Positions 1 through 9,836 of a stretch of DNA of 53,271 bases are shown piece by piece. The notes under the pieces are model-generated. The model made no database searches, had not been told where the DNA came from, and worked only from the letters and a program-made list of their open reading frames with translations. Every line of letters begins with the position of its first letter. Position 1 is the first letter of the stretch. Both the position numbers and the translations under genes were made by a program. The DNA comes from a virus (Duplodnaviria > Caudoviricetes), in the IMG/VR virus record IMGVR_UViG_3300036766_001847, positions 1 through 53,271 of that record; one strand, written 5' to 3'.

Positions 1-152
1 CGCAAAAACGCGCAGATCCAAAACTCTAAGGGGGGGTACCGCCGCCAGGGTGACCCCAGGATCGACGAAGCCGAGGGGCCCCGACTCCAGCAAGGGCGCT
101 CGCGTCCTGTGCCCGCCGGCGCGACCGATCGGATTCTCGAGATGAGGGCCCG

Positions 153-662
153 ATGACGAAGTCTTTGCAGCTTGGGGGCGGCCGACCGCGCAAACCGACC
201 GCGCACAAGGCGCTCGCGGGCACCCTGCGTCCGTCCCGGGCGAACCCGGCGGAGCCGCAGCTGCGGGCGATGCCGATCCCGAGTCCGCCGAGGGACCTGA
301 CGAAGTTCGAGCGCCTCGCGTGGCGCGCGCTGAAGGAGATCGTCGACCCGATGAAGGTCGGCACCGCGGCGGACGTGTTCGCGTTCCGGTCGATGGTGGA
401 GGATGCGGGCATGCTCGCGAGCCTGCGCAAGTCGTTCATCGACTCGGGCGGGCAGCCCGTCTACGTCGAGGAGACGAACGCCGGGCCTCAACTGCGCATG
501 CGGCCCGAGGTGCAGGCGATCCCGACCTACCGAAAGCTCCTCCTGCTGCACATGGCGCGGTGGGGCATCGACCCGGCCGACCGACAGAAGGTGATGACCC
601 TCGGGGACGACGGGCCGAAGGTAGACCCGCTCGCCAAGTTCAGGCTCGGGGGTCCGAAGTGA
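153..662 (+). CDS. terS: Terminase small subunit (P27-like)
   Basis: N-terminal GGRPRKPT..K.L.GT.RP.R motif, C-terminal WGIDPADR; stop overlaps the terL start (GTGA). Confidence 0.88.
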   Translation: MTKSLQLGGGRPRKPTAHKALAGTLRPSRANPAEPQLRAMPIPSPPRDLTKFERLAWRALKEIVDPMKVGTAADVFAFRSMVEDAGMLASLRKSFIDSGGQPVYVEETNAGPQLRMRPEVQAIPTYRKLLLLHMARWGIDPADRQKVMTLGDDGPKVDPLAKFRLGGPK

Positions 663-2548
663 CGAAGGCCTCGGCGAAGAAAGCGGAGACCGGAAAGGCG
701 CGGCCGCGGCGGAAGGCAAAGCCGGCTCCACACGCATCGGGGTTCCGCAATGTCTACGTTGTGCGCGGAATCCAGTACGCCGAGCAGGTGGTTAGCGGGG
801 AGATCTCCGCCTGTAAGTGGGTGCGGCTCGCCTGCCAGCGTCAGCTCAAGGATCTCGAGCGCTGGCGCGCCGAGGAGGCCTACCCCTTTCGGTTCGACGA
901 GGAGGCCGGGGGCCGCGCGGCTGAGTTCTTCGAGCAGCTCCCGCATACCCAGGGCCCGCTCTCGTTCAAACGCGAGGACGGAAGCTGGAACACCTTGGTC
1001 CTCGAGCCGTGGCAGTGCTTCATCGTCACCACCGTGTACGGCTGGATTCGAAAAGACAGCCCCAAGGAGCGACCGACGCGCCGTTTCACGCGCGTATACG
1101 AGGAGATCCCCAGGTCGAACGGCAAGAGCCTGATGCTCTCGGCCGGCCTGCTCTACTCGTTCTCCGAACGAGAGCAGGGGGTCGAGGCCTACTCGGCGGC
1201 GGTCGATCGCGAGCAGGCGGCGAAGGTCTACGGCGAGGCCACTGCGATGCTGGTCAAGAGGCCGGAGCTCTCCAACGCCCTGGGCCTCGAGACGAGCGCG
1301 CACACCATCTTTCAGAAAGCGACCCATTCGAAGGCGCTTCCGCTCTCCCGCGAGGCGAAAAAGACCGGCGACGGGATGAACATCTACTTCGCTGCGGTGG
1401 ACGAGCTGCACGCGCACCCTACGCGCGAGGTTTGGGACGTGCTCGACACCGGCACCGGCAAGCGCGGGGGCAACGCGCTCATCTGGATCATCACCACCGC
1501 CGGGTTCGACACCGCGGGCGTCTGCTACGAGAAGCGCGGCTACGTGACGAAGGTGCTCGAGGGCATCATCAAGGACGAGACCTGGTTCGCGATCATCTAC
1601 ACGCTCGACGAGGGCGAGGAGTGGGAAGACGAGGAATGCCGCACGGCGTGCGCAGATCACTCGTTCAAGGGCTGTCTTTGGCGGAAGGCGAACCCGAACT
1701 GGGGCGTTTCGGTAGACCCGATCGACTTCGAGTCGAAGATGATGCGCGGCATCCAGGTCGCGTCGGAGCGGAACGGGATTCTCACGAAGCACCTGGGCAT
1801 CTGGTGCAACGCCGACGTGGCATGGATGGACATGCTCGCCTGGGACAAGTGCGCCGACCCGGAGCTGCGGGTGGAGGATTTCGCGCGGCAGCCGTGCGTG
1901 ATCGGGCTGGACCTCGCGAGCAAGATCGACCTGGTCGCCGACGCGAGGCTCTTCTACCGTGACCTCCCCGCGGGAGTGAACGCCAAGGGCGAACCCAAGG
2001 TCGACCGACACTTCTACCTCTTCCTCAAGACCCAGTTGCCCGAGGCGGCGGTCCGCGACAGCAATAACTCGCAGTATGAGGGCTGGGTGCGAGAGGGGTG
2101 GATCCAGGCGACGCCCGGGGACGTGACCGACTTCGATTTGGTCCGCGACGACGTCCTAGCCGCCGCCGATTCCTTCGACCTGCGCGAGATCGCCTTCGAC
2201 CCGTGGCAGGCCACTCAGCTCGCGAACGAGCTCGGGGCCCGTGGGCAGAAGATGGTCGAAGTCCGGCCGACGGTGCAGAACTTCTCCGAGCCGATGAAGG
2301 AACTGGAGGCGCTGGTGCGCGGCGGGCGGTTCCACCACAACGGCAACCCGGCGATGCGGTGGATGGTCTCGAACGTCGTCTGCCACCGCGACGCGAAGGA
2401 CAACATCTACCCGCGCAAGGCGCACAACGAGAACAAGATCGACGGGCCGGTGGCCACCATCATGGCGCTCAACCGCGCGCTGCTCGCGCCGGCCGACGCG
2501 CCCGGCGATTCCTACCTCTCTCGGCGCGACATCGTGGTCCTCGGCTGA
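659..2548 (+). CDS. terL: Terminase large subunit (629 aa from GTG 659)
   Basis: LEPWQ, Walker A-like IPRSNGKS, Walker B VDELHAH, IITTAG, KANPNWG, GLDLAS nuclease motif, KIDGPVA. Confidence 0.97.
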   Translation: MTKASAKKAETGKARPRRKAKPAPHASGFRNVYVVRGIQYAEQVVSGEISACKWVRLACQRQLKDLERWRAEEAYPFRFDEEAGGRAAEFFEQLPHTQGPLSFKREDGSWNTLVLEPWQCFIVTTVYGWIRKDSPKERPTRRFTRVYEEIPRSNGKSLMLSAGLLYSFSEREQGVEAYSAAVDREQAAKVYGEATAMLVKRPELSNALGLETSAHTIFQKATHSKALPLSREAKKTGDGMNIYFAAVDELHAHPTREVWDVLDTGTGKRGGNALIWIITTAGFDTAGVCYEKRGYVTKVLEGIIKDETWFAIIYTLDEGEEWEDEECRTACADHSFKGCLWRKANPNWGVSVDPIDFESKMMRGIQVASERNGILTKHLGIWCNADVAWMDMLAWDKCADPELRVEDFARQPCVIGLDLASKIDLVADARLFYRDLPAGVNAKGEPKVDRHFYLFLKTQLPEAAVRDSNNSQYEGWVREGWIQATPGDVTDFDLVRDDVLAAADSFDLREIAFDPWQATQLANELGARGQKMVEVRPTVQNFSEPMKELEALVRGGRFHHNGNPAMRWMVSNVVCHRDAKDNIYPRKAHNENKIDGPVATIMALNRALLAPADAPGDSYLSRRDIVVLG

Positions 2549-2567
2549 GCGGACAAGGAGCGAACCA

Positions 2568-2786
2568 ATGGCGGACAGAAACAGCGCGGCGATTTTTGGT
2601 GAGGTCTTCAAGGCATGCGCTGCCGAGGGTGAGGCCGGCAAGCGCATCGCGGCGAAGCTGTGGCCGATGTGCAATGAGTTCGACTTCACCGACGACCAAA
2701 TGGACGCGGACGAGGCGCTGCTCGCGCTCGGCCTTGCGCGTCCCGTAGCCGATCGCGACGAGGACGTGATCACGATGCTCCGATAG
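2568..2786 (+). CDS. Hypothetical protein (72 aa)
   Basis: AAGGAG SD upstream; acidic small ORF between terL and portal. Confidence 0.7.
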   Translation: MADRNSAAIFGEVFKACAAEGEAGKRIAAKLWPMCNEFDFTDDQMDADEALLALGLARPVADRDEDVITMLR

Positions 2787-2799
2787 AAAGGCGAAGACG

Positions 2800-3648
2800 A
2801 TGACCCTTTGCACCCCCGACCCGAAGCCCCTCACCATCGCCGAGCTCGACGTCATCGAGTCGAAGGCGCACGCGGCGATCTGCGATCCACAGAACGGCTG
2901 GTATGCGGAAGACGTGCCACGCGTCGTGGCCGAGGTGCGCCGTCTTCACCGCCACTCGGCCGCGGCGATGCTAGCGATGTTCGATCTGACCTACGACCTG
3001 GTCGACGGCCAGCGCGTCTGCCGCAACTGCGGCGCAGAGAAGAACGACTACCACGGCGGACATGTTCCGGGCTGCGAGGTCGGCGATGCGATGGAGGCCG
3101 CGCATGACTTCGTAGTGGGAACGCGCTGCCCATGCTGCGGCCGAAATGGAGAGCCGCGCACGGACGAAGAGGTGAAGACCTCCTCGTGCACCGACTGCGG
3201 CAGGCCTCTTCCCATGAAGTACGCCCCCGGCTGCCGAATGGCAGCGCTGACCCGGCCCCGGCCGCGCATTCGCGATCTGCGCGAAGAGCAACGGCTCCGC
3301 GCCGCTCTCGAAGCCGTCGAGTGGTCCGAAGGTCCCGAGGGCGAGGTATGCGCAGCATGCGAGCGGTACAAGGACGAGGGGGCGCACCGACCCGACTGCA
3401 AGGTCGCCGCGGCGCTCGGCCGGCCGACGCGGAGCGACGCCGAACAGCATGCGCTGAACAAAGCGAAGTGCGACGCCGAGCATGAGCGGATCGACGCAGA
3501 GCTAGCGATCCATGGGAAGCGGCTGAACTGCAACCACCGCTGCGTCACCCCGCGCTTCACTCCGGGCGACCCACCGACGGCTACGGTGGTCTGCACCGAA
3601 TGCGGCGCGGACGTCGGCATTCGGGTCGACGTCGTCGTCGACCCATAG
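2800..3648 (+). CDS. Cys-rich hypothetical protein with several CxxC pairs and an Ead/Ea22-like N-terminus
   Basis: ELDVIE..A...EDVPRVVAEVRRL; CRNC, CPCC, CTDC, CAAC, CTEC. Confidence 0.7.
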   Translation: MTLCTPDPKPLTIAELDVIESKAHAAICDPQNGWYAEDVPRVVAEVRRLHRHSAAAMLAMFDLTYDLVDGQRVCRNCGAEKNDYHGGHVPGCEVGDAMEAAHDFVVGTRCPCCGRNGEPRTDEEVKTSSCTDCGRPLPMKYAPGCRMAALTRPRPRIRDLREEQRLRAALEAVEWSEGPEGEVCAACERYKDEGAHRPDCKVAAALGRPTRSDAEQHALNKAKCDAEHERIDAELAIHGKRLNCNHRCVTPRFTPGDPPTATVVCTECGADVGIRVDVVVDP

Positions 3649-3652
3649 CCCA

Positions 3653-3674
3653 GTCCACGACCGAGGGCAGGATG
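3653..3674 (+). promoter_or_regulatory. Late-module motif, copy 1 (GTCCACG-accgagggc-AGGATG)
   Basis: One of 7 aligned copies; lies upstream of the portal module. Confidence 0.75.
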
Positions 3675-3684
3675 TCGGTCGAGC

Positions 3685-3876
3685 ATGAGCCCGACCACCG
3701 ACGCCAGGAAGCCGCCGCGCGCGGCCGCGCTCGTTCGTAGCTTCGTCATCGACGGCTCGATCTTGGCCGGCGCCGGGCTCCTGGGCTACGGGGCCTGGCT
3801 CGCCTACCGCCCGGCTGGGTTTCTCGTCGCCGGCGCGCTCTTCCTCGCTGCAGGGCTGAAGGCAACCCGCAAATGA
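3685..3876 (+). CDS. Small two-TM membrane protein preceding the portal
   Basis: Two hydrophobic segments (ILAGAGLLGYGAWLAY; AGFLVAGALFLAAG); this position is typical in HK97-like phages. Confidence 0.75.
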   Translation: MSPTTDARKPPRAAALVRSFVIDGSILAGAGLLGYGAWLAYRPAGFLVAGALFLAAGLKATRK

Positions 3877-6269
3877 GCCTCTTCGAAACGCTCTTCGGCG
3901 GCCGTCAGGAAGAAAAGGTGGCCGACGCATCGGCCCTCACCTGGACCGAGCTGCTCGGCTTCCCGTCGTCGAAGACCGGCGTCTCGGTGACCTGGCAGAC
4001 CGCCCTGCGGGTCTCGGTCGTCTGGGCCTGCTGCAGGGTGCTCTGCGAGGACGTCGGCAAGGTGCCGCTCAAGCTGATGCGGTCGAACCCCGACGGCTCG
4101 ACGGAGATCTGCCGCACCCATCCGCTGCACCGGGTGCTCTCGAGGAACCCGAACGAGTGGCAGACCTCGATGGAATGGAGGATGACCCAGCTCCTCCACG
4201 CCCTCCTCGCGCGCGGCGGCTACTCCTGGATCAACCGGAGCTCCGAAGGCGAGGTGCTCGAGCTGATTCCGCTGATGCCACAGTTCGTAATCCCGAAGAG
4301 GGACCGGAACTGGAACATCACCTACGAGGTCCGCGACATCGACGGTACGATCGCCATCCTCCCGCGCGAATCCGTGCACGTTCTCCACGGCCTTTCCTGG
4401 GACGGGCTGAACGGGCTCGACGTGACGTACCAGGGCGGCGAGGCCATCGGGCTGTCGATCGCCACCGAGGAGACGCAGGCCCGCCTGCACGGGCAGGGGA
4501 CGCGGCCCGGCGGGGTCATCACGACGACCTCGAAGCTCGACGACAAGCAGATCGACCGCCTCAAGCTGCAGTTCGCGAATAACTACTCGGGCGTGGCCAA
4601 CGCCTTCAAGACGCTGCTGCTCGACAACGGCCTGGAGTTCAAGCCATGGGCGATGAGCGGCGTCGACGCGCAGCACCTCGAGTGCGTTGTGCCCGGCACG
4701 CTGGTCTCGATGGCTGACGGGACGAGACTGCCCGTTGAGGCTCTTCGGGTCGGGGATCGGGTAGTTGGGTGGGCCGATGGCCCGGTTGCGGCTCGCGTTG
4801 CCGCGATCGGCCGGCCGCCCACGAAAGACCTCGTCCGCGTGACGACCGCGCGCGGCCGCACGATCACCTGCTCTTCGGACCACCCCTTCCTTTCGATGAA
4901 GTCGCTGCGCACGCCCGGCTCCCGTCCGGTGAAGAGTCCGCCCGAATGGGTGAAGGCCGGCGAGATCGGCCCGGGCCAGTATGTGCGCGTGGGACTTGGT
5001 CACGTTGCTGCCGACTGCGCCACCCTCGATTCCGACGTCGCCTGGTTTCTTGGGGCGATGGTGGGGAACGGTTACATCCGGGGCGGCGGGTGCTCCTTGT
5101 CCACCATCGATCCGGGCGTCATCGCGAAGGCGGAGGCGGTCGTCCGGAGCCAGGGCGGGTGGCTGAAGCAAAGCAACTCGCGGCCACAGGACTTCTTCAT
5201 CGCCACCGGCGGGAAGGGAACGAGTCGTCGCGGCGGGGCGCTCCGACAGCTTTTCAACCGCGCAGGCCTCGTCGGCTCCCATTCGCACACGAAGCGCGTG
5301 CCGGACATGGTCATGGCGGCCGGACCGACCGCGTGGCGCGCGTTCCTCTCCGGCTACCTCGACACCGATGGCACGATCGGAAAGGTCAAAGGCAAGGCGC
5401 CGCTGGTCTCGTGGGGCAGCACGAGCCGCGCGCTTCTCGACGACAGCCAGCACCTTCTCGCCTCTCTCGGAGTGCAATCGGCGATCTACAAGGTCGGCGC
5501 CGGCGGTCGCCGGATGGTGTGCGGTCAGGAATGCGACACGCAGCCCTCCTGGCAACTCGTCGTCTACGGAGCCTCACAGCTCGCGCAGCTCGCGCGACTT
5601 CTGTCCCCCGCGCATTCCGAGAAGGCGTCGCGACTGGTGGAGGTTGGTTCACACCCGCCAAGCCGGTATGGGCAGAACAACGTCCTCTTCGACCGGGTCC
5701 TCTCGGTCGAGCGACTCGGTCGAGGCGAAACGATCGGCGTCGAGATCGAGGGCATCCACACGCACGTGACGAACGGCCTCGTCACGCACAACACCCGCCG
5801 CCACCAGGTCGAGGAGGTATGCCGCTTCTTCCGCGTGTTCCCGGCGATGGTCGGCTTCAGCGACAAGGCGACCACGTACGCGAGCGCCGACGCCTTCCTC
5901 AACGCCCACGTCACGCACTCGCTGATGCCATGGATCACTCTCTGGGAACAGGCGATCGACCGCGACCTGCTCACCTCGGACGAGATCGAGAACGGTTTTC
6001 ACTCCAAGTTCGTGATGCAGGGCCTTCTGCGCGGCGACGCGAAGAGCCGGGCCCTCTTCTACGAGTCGGCCATCACGAAGGGTTGCTGGATGACCCGGAA
6101 CGAGGCGCGCCGGCTCGAGGACCTCGACCCCATCGACGGCCTCGACGACATGCTGCGGCCGCTCAACATGCAGGCGGAGGCTGACGGTCCGCCTGCGCCG
6201 GGAGACCCCGCGGACCCGGCCGATCCCACGGCGGACGACCCGACCGTTCCCGACCCCGGCGCCGAGTAG
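3873..6269 (+). CDS. HK97-family portal protein containing an intein (predicted spliced product 428 aa)
   Basis: Portal motifs ALRVSVVWACC, PNEWQT, LDNGLEF, DAQHLE...TRRHQVEEVCRFFRV, LLRGD, MTRNEAR. Confidence 0.95.
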   Translation: MSLFETLFGGRQEEKVADASALTWTELLGFPSSKTGVSVTWQTALRVSVVWACCRVLCEDVGKVPLKLMRSNPDGSTEICRTHPLHRVLSRNPNEWQTSMEWRMTQLLHALLARGGYSWINRSSEGEVLELIPLMPQFVIPKRDRNWNITYEVRDIDGTIAILPRESVHVLHGLSWDGLNGLDVTYQGGEAIGLSIATEETQARLHGQGTRPGGVITTTSKLDDKQIDRLKLQFANNYSGVANAFKTLLLDNGLEFKPWAMSGVDAQHLECVVPGTLVSMADGTRLPVEALRVGDRVVGWADGPVAARVAAIGRPPTKDLVRVTTARGRTITCSSDHPFLSMKSLRTPGSRPVKSPPEWVKAGEIGPGQYVRVGLGHVAADCATLDSDVAWFLGAMVGNGYIRGGGCSLSTIDPGVIAKAEAVVRSQGGWLKQSNSRPQDFFIATGGKGTSRRGGALRQLFNRAGLVGSHSHTKRVPDMVMAAGPTAWRAFLSGYLDTDGTIGKVKGKAPLVSWGSTSRALLDDSQHLLASLGVQSAIYKVGAGGRRMVCGQECDTQPSWQLVVYGASQLAQLARLLSPAHSEKASRLVEVGSHPPSRYGQNNVLFDRVLSVERLGRGETIGVEIEGIHTHVTNGLVTHNTRRHQVEEVCRFFRVFPAMVGFSDKATTYASADAFLNAHVTHSLMPWITLWEQAIDRDLLTSDEIENGFHSKFVMQGLLRGDAKSRALFYESAITKGCWMTRNEARRLEDLDPIDGLDDMLRPLNMQAEADGPPAPGDPADPADPTADDPTVPDPGAE
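4683..5792 (+). mobile_element. Intein with LAGLIDADG homing endonuclease (370 aa, residues 271-640 of the portal ORF)
   Basis: Starts C-VVPGTLVSMADG; block B TCSSDHPF; LAGLIDADG helices WFLGAMVGNG and AFLSGYLDTDG; ends GLVTHN followed by Thr(+1). Confidence 0.95.
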
Positions 6270-6278
6270 CGGCACCCG

Positions 6279-6593
6279 ATGGCAACGCTCTTCGAGCCCT
6301 TCGAGGTCCGTTTCCCGCAGGACCCGATCGTCGAGGTGAACGAGCCGCGACCTGGGTTGCTGAAGAGGATCGCGCGGTGGTGGGGCGCGATGGCGGATCG
6401 CACCTGCCCGCGCTGCGGCGGCGTCTTCCGGCCGCTCAGCCCCGGTGCGCGCGGTGGCTACTCTCCGAAGCCGCTGTGCCAGGAATGCGACACGCTGGCG
6501 CGAGCGCATCCGCCGCAGGGCGGAAGCGGGCTCGTGCTACCGCGGCCGCTCCCGACATCGCTACCCGGGCCCGGGCGGCGCACGAGCTACTGA
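6279..6593 (+). CDS. Hypothetical protein with CxxC pairs
   Basis: Fills the gap between portal and protease; CPRC, CQEC. Confidence 0.5.
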   Translation: MATLFEPFEVRFPQDPIVEVNEPRPGLLKRIARWWGAMADRTCPRCGGVFRPLSPGARGGYSPKPLCQECDTLARAHPPQGGSGLVLPRPLPTSLPGPGRRTSY

Positions 6594-6628
6594 CTCTCCC
6601 CTCCTCAGTCGCCGGGCGCGAAAGAGCT

Positions 6629-6650
6629 GTCCACGGCCCGGGAGAGGATG
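6629..6650 (+). promoter_or_regulatory. Late-module motif, copy 2 (GTCCACG-gcccgggag-AGGATG)
   Basis: Upstream of protease and capsid; preceded by GAAAGAGCT as in copy 3. Confidence 0.8.
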
Positions 6651-7406
6651 CCTCTCGTCATGGACCTCGCAACTCCTCCCGGGTTCGAAGAGCGGCTCGT
6701 CGCCAAGCCATACACGGTCAAGACGACCGACGATCTCGGTTCGTTCGAGGGCCTCGGCGCGGTCTTCAACGACGTCCACCCGACCAGCTCCTGGGCGCTC
6801 CCAGGCGACTGGAAGGACCGCATCATGCCGGGCGCGTTCATGAAGACGCTCGACGCCCAGAAGCGCATGGGCGTGATGCCCGCGATGCTTTTTATGCACG
6901 AGCGGGGCAACGTCGTCGGGGCCTGGCGCGAGATGGGCGAGACCGGCGCGGGCCTCCACGCCTCGGGCCAGTGCTCGCTGAGCGCGAAGACCTCGTCCGG
7001 CGCCGGCATCCACGAGCTGATGAAGATGGGCGCTCTCAACGCCCTGTCGATCGGCTTCCGGGTCCGCAAGGCCGAGGCCGACAACGACAAGAAGATTCGC
7101 TCCATCCTCGACGTCGAGCTCAACGAGCTCTCGATCGTCGACATCCCGGGTATCCCCCGGGCGCGCATCACCGACGTGAAGTCGGGCGGCGCGAAGAGCA
7201 TCAGGTTTCTCGAGATGGTCCTGCGCGACGCCGGCCTATCCCGAGAAGAAGCCAAGGCCGTGTTGGCCCAAGGCTTCGGCGCCCTGCGCGACGTTGCGGC
7301 GCCAGACGACGGCTCGAGCCTGCGCGAAGCAGGTGGGGACGGCGAAACCATCGACGACGCCTTCGTGGCGGGCCTGAAAGAGTTCGCCGCGGCAGTTCAC
7401 CCGTAG
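6648..7406 (+). CDS. HK97-family prohead protease (true start may be ATG 6660)
   Basis: FEGLGAVFN, DRIMPGAF, MLFMH, LSIGF, ELSIV. Confidence 0.93.
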   Translation: MPLVMDLATPPGFEERLVAKPYTVKTTDDLGSFEGLGAVFNDVHPTSSWALPGDWKDRIMPGAFMKTLDAQKRMGVMPAMLFMHERGNVVGAWREMGETGAGLHASGQCSLSAKTSSGAGIHELMKMGALNALSIGFRVRKAEADNDKKIRSILDVELNELSIVDIPGIPRARITDVKSGGAKSIRFLEMVLRDAGLSREEAKAVLAQGFGALRDVAAPDDGSSLREAGGDGETIDDAFVAGLKEFAAAVHP

Positions 7407-7424
7407 GTTTCGGAGCACCCCACC

Positions 7425-8744
7425 ATGGCGGACCAGGACGAAGCGAAGAAGGCCCTCGAAGAGCTGAGCAAGAACTTCAAGGAGTTCCGCGAGGTCAACG
7501 ACAAGCGGCTCGAGGCGCTGAAGGCCGAGCGCGCGACGTCGGACTTCGACGAGAAGCTCGACCGCATCAACGAGTCGATGGCCAAGCAGGAGCGCGTGCA
7601 GCGCGACTTCCTCCGCACCCAGGAAGCGGCCGCCGCCAAGCACGAGGCCGCGGAGGCCGAGTTCAAGGCGCGCCAGCAGGAATCGGAGCGCAAGCTCGAG
7701 GCGCGCGTCAACCGCCTGGTGCTCGGCATCCCGGGCGCCAACGACGGCGAGTCGACCTCCGACGAGAGGTTGAAGCGTCGGGCATACGTGAACTACCTCC
7801 GCAAGGACACCAAGGGCCTGAGCGGCGAGGAGATGAAGGTCCTCGTCGAGGCTGGCGACCCGACCGGCGGCTATCTCGCGCCGCCCACGTTCGTCACCGA
7901 GATCATCAAGGCGGTGGTCCTGTTCTCGCCGATGCGCCCGCTCGTGACCGTGCGCCAGAGCAGCTCGGCCGAACTCCAGCTGCCCAAGAGGACGCAGACC
8001 GCCGCGGCGACCCGCGTCGGCGAGGCGTCGACCCGGACCGAGTCGCAGAACCCCGGATGGGGCCTGCTGAAGATCACATCGCCCGAGATGTACGCCGAGG
8101 CGCGCGTGAGCCAGGCCAACCTCGAGGACTCGGCCTTCAACCTCGAGCAGCTGCTCACCGACGAGTTCTCCGAGCAGTTCGGCGTCAAGGAGGGGGCCGA
8201 GGTCATCAGCGGCACCGGCGTGAATCAGTGCCTGGGCTTCCTCGACGCCAACGCGGCCGGGCCGGGCGTGCCGATCGCCTACACCCCGTCGACCCAGGCG
8301 GCGACCATCGCCAGCGCCGCGGCCGGTAACGCGGGCCAGGGCGACGGGCTCATCGACCTGTTCCACACGGTGAAGACGGCGTATGCCGCCCGCGGCACCT
8401 GGTGCCTGAATCGCAACTCGCTGGGCAAGGTGCGCAGCCTGAAGGACACCCAGGGGCACTACCTCTGGCAGCCGGGCATCGCGACCTCCTCGCCCCCGAC
8501 CATCCTGGGAGCGCCGTACGTCGAATGCCCGGACATGCCGAACGAGGGCGCCAACACCTTCCCGATCGCCTTCGGAGACTGGAAGCGGGCGTACACCCTG
8601 GTCGACCGCATCGAGATGGCCATCGTCCGCGACCCGTACACCGTGGCTTCGTCCGGCCAGGTCAAGTTCTTCGCGCGCCGCCGGGTCGGCGGCCAGGTGG
8701 TCTTGGGAGAGGCCATCAGGTTGTACAAGTGTGCCTCCACGTAG
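7425..8744 (+). CDS. HK97-family major capsid protein
   Basis: Coiled-coil delta domain, GGYLAP, VGE, LKDTQGHYLWQP, ILGAP, FGDW, RRVGG. Confidence 0.97.
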   Translation: MADQDEAKKALEELSKNFKEFREVNDKRLEALKAERATSDFDEKLDRINESMAKQERVQRDFLRTQEAAAAKHEAAEAEFKARQQESERKLEARVNRLVLGIPGANDGESTSDERLKRRAYVNYLRKDTKGLSGEEMKVLVEAGDPTGGYLAPPTFVTEIIKAVVLFSPMRPLVTVRQSSSAELQLPKRTQTAAATRVGEASTRTESQNPGWGLLKITSPEMYAEARVSQANLEDSAFNLEQLLTDEFSEQFGVKEGAEVISGTGVNQCLGFLDANAAGPGVPIAYTPSTQAATIASAAAGNAGQGDGLIDLFHTVKTAYAARGTWCLNRNSLGKVRSLKDTQGHYLWQPGIATSSPPTILGAPYVECPDMPNEGANTFPIAFGDWKRAYTLVDRIEMAIVRDPYTVASSGQVKFFARRRVGGQVVLGEAIRLYKCAST

Positions 8745-8754
8745 TCGACGCCCT

Positions 8755-8788
8755 GATGGGGCGGCCCAGCTGAACCGGCCGCCCCATC
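8755..8788 (+). terminator. 12-bp GC hairpin after the capsid gene (stabiliser or partial terminator)
   Basis: GATGGGGCGGCC-10 nt-GGCCGCCCCATC; no adjacent U-tract. Confidence 0.5.
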
Positions 8789-8855
8789 GCCCAGCCCGGA
8801 CCCCCTTTCCCCCAACCCTTTCCAGAACCGCGCAGCACCCCGCGAGGAACCAAAA

Positions 8856-9287
8856 ATGAACATCAAGGACCTGCACAACAATATCAAGATTTCCCCCGCC
8901 ATCGACCCGGCGGCGGTCGTCGCCAGCAACGGCACGAAGACGAGCAACACCATCGACCGCCAGGGCTTCGAGTCGCTCGAGTTCGCCATCATCTCCGGCG
9001 TCCTCACCGACGGCACGTACACGCCGACTCTGTACGAGAGCGACACCGTCGACGGCAACGGCGTCATGACCAGCGAGGCCGCGGTGTCGGCCGCCGGCGA
9101 CATGCTCGGGACCGCGGACGGGGCGACGCTCGTCTACACCACCGATGCCTCGGCGGTGAAGAAGATCGGCTACATCGGGAACAAGCGGTACGTGCGCCTC
9201 AAGGTCGTCCAGAGCGGCTACACCAGCGGCGGATTCGTCTGCGCGGTGGCCATCCAGGGCGGCGCGCGCAACGCCCCCGTCGCGTAG
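8856..9287 (+). CDS. Probable head-associated (decoration-type) structural protein
   Basis: Directly after the capsid gene; IDRQGFES and IGYIGNKRYVRL pattern of post-capsid proteins. Confidence 0.7.
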   Translation: MNIKDLHNNIKISPAIDPAAVVASNGTKTSNTIDRQGFESLEFAIISGVLTDGTYTPTLYESDTVDGNGVMTSEAAVSAAGDMLGTADGATLVYTTDASAVKKIGYIGNKRYVRLKVVQSGYTSGGFVCAVAIQGGARNAPVA

Positions 9288-9380
9288 GCCGGCGGAGTTC
9301 CACCCGGGCGGTGAAAGCCGCCCCCAGCCCGCCTGGCGCGACGTGCGCCGGGCGGCAGGCTCACCAAGGGACGGCGCGCG

Positions 9381-9833
9381 ATGAGAGTCCGGATGCTCAG
9401 CACGAGGCGGGGCGCCGACGACGGCGTGACGCTCCGCACCTACCACGAGGGGACGGAGCACGACCTCTCGGCCACGCCGCGCGCTCTCGACCTCGCCCAG
9501 GTCTTCATCCGGGAGGGGTGGGCCAAGGAAGTGAAGCCGCCCGCGCCGGTGCCGGTGCCGGTCGAGCGCCTGCCCTTGCTCGCGGAGTATGTCGCGGCCG
9601 GCTACCAGGCCGCCACCTACGAGGCCTTCATCGCCGAGCACACCGCCGCGGCGAAGGCCGCCGGCCGCCGCGTCGAGGTGCGCGAGCTCACCGCCGCCGA
9701 GAAGGCGGAGGACGAGGCGCAGAAGGCGAAGGCCCTCGCGGGCGAGGACGCCCTCGGCAAGGTCGACGAGAAGAAGGCGCCCGACGCCCCGCCCCCGGCC
9801 AAGCCCGACCAGCGCCCGAATCGGCGGAAGTAA
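9381..9833 (+). CDS. Hypothetical head-module protein
   Basis: MRVRML...GADDG..Y..G...LAQVFIREGWA N-terminus; low-complexity C-terminus. Confidence 0.65.
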   Translation: MRVRMLSTRRGADDGVTLRTYHEGTEHDLSATPRALDLAQVFIREGWAKEVKPPAPVPVPVERLPLLAEYVAAGYQAATYEAFIAEHTAAAKAAGRRVEVRELTAAEKAEDEAQKAKALAGEDALGKVDEKKAPDAPPPAKPDQRPNRRK

Positions 9834-9836
9834 CCA

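Noticed and set aside
109-130. Possible eighth late motif upstream of terS (GTGCCCG-N9-CCGATC)
   Set aside because: Too many mismatches in both elements; terS can be served by the copy at 52321 across cos.
320-658. N-terminal extension of terL given in the ORF track
   Set aside because: It overlaps terS and is Arg-rich noise; GTG 659 coupled to the terS stop is more plausible.
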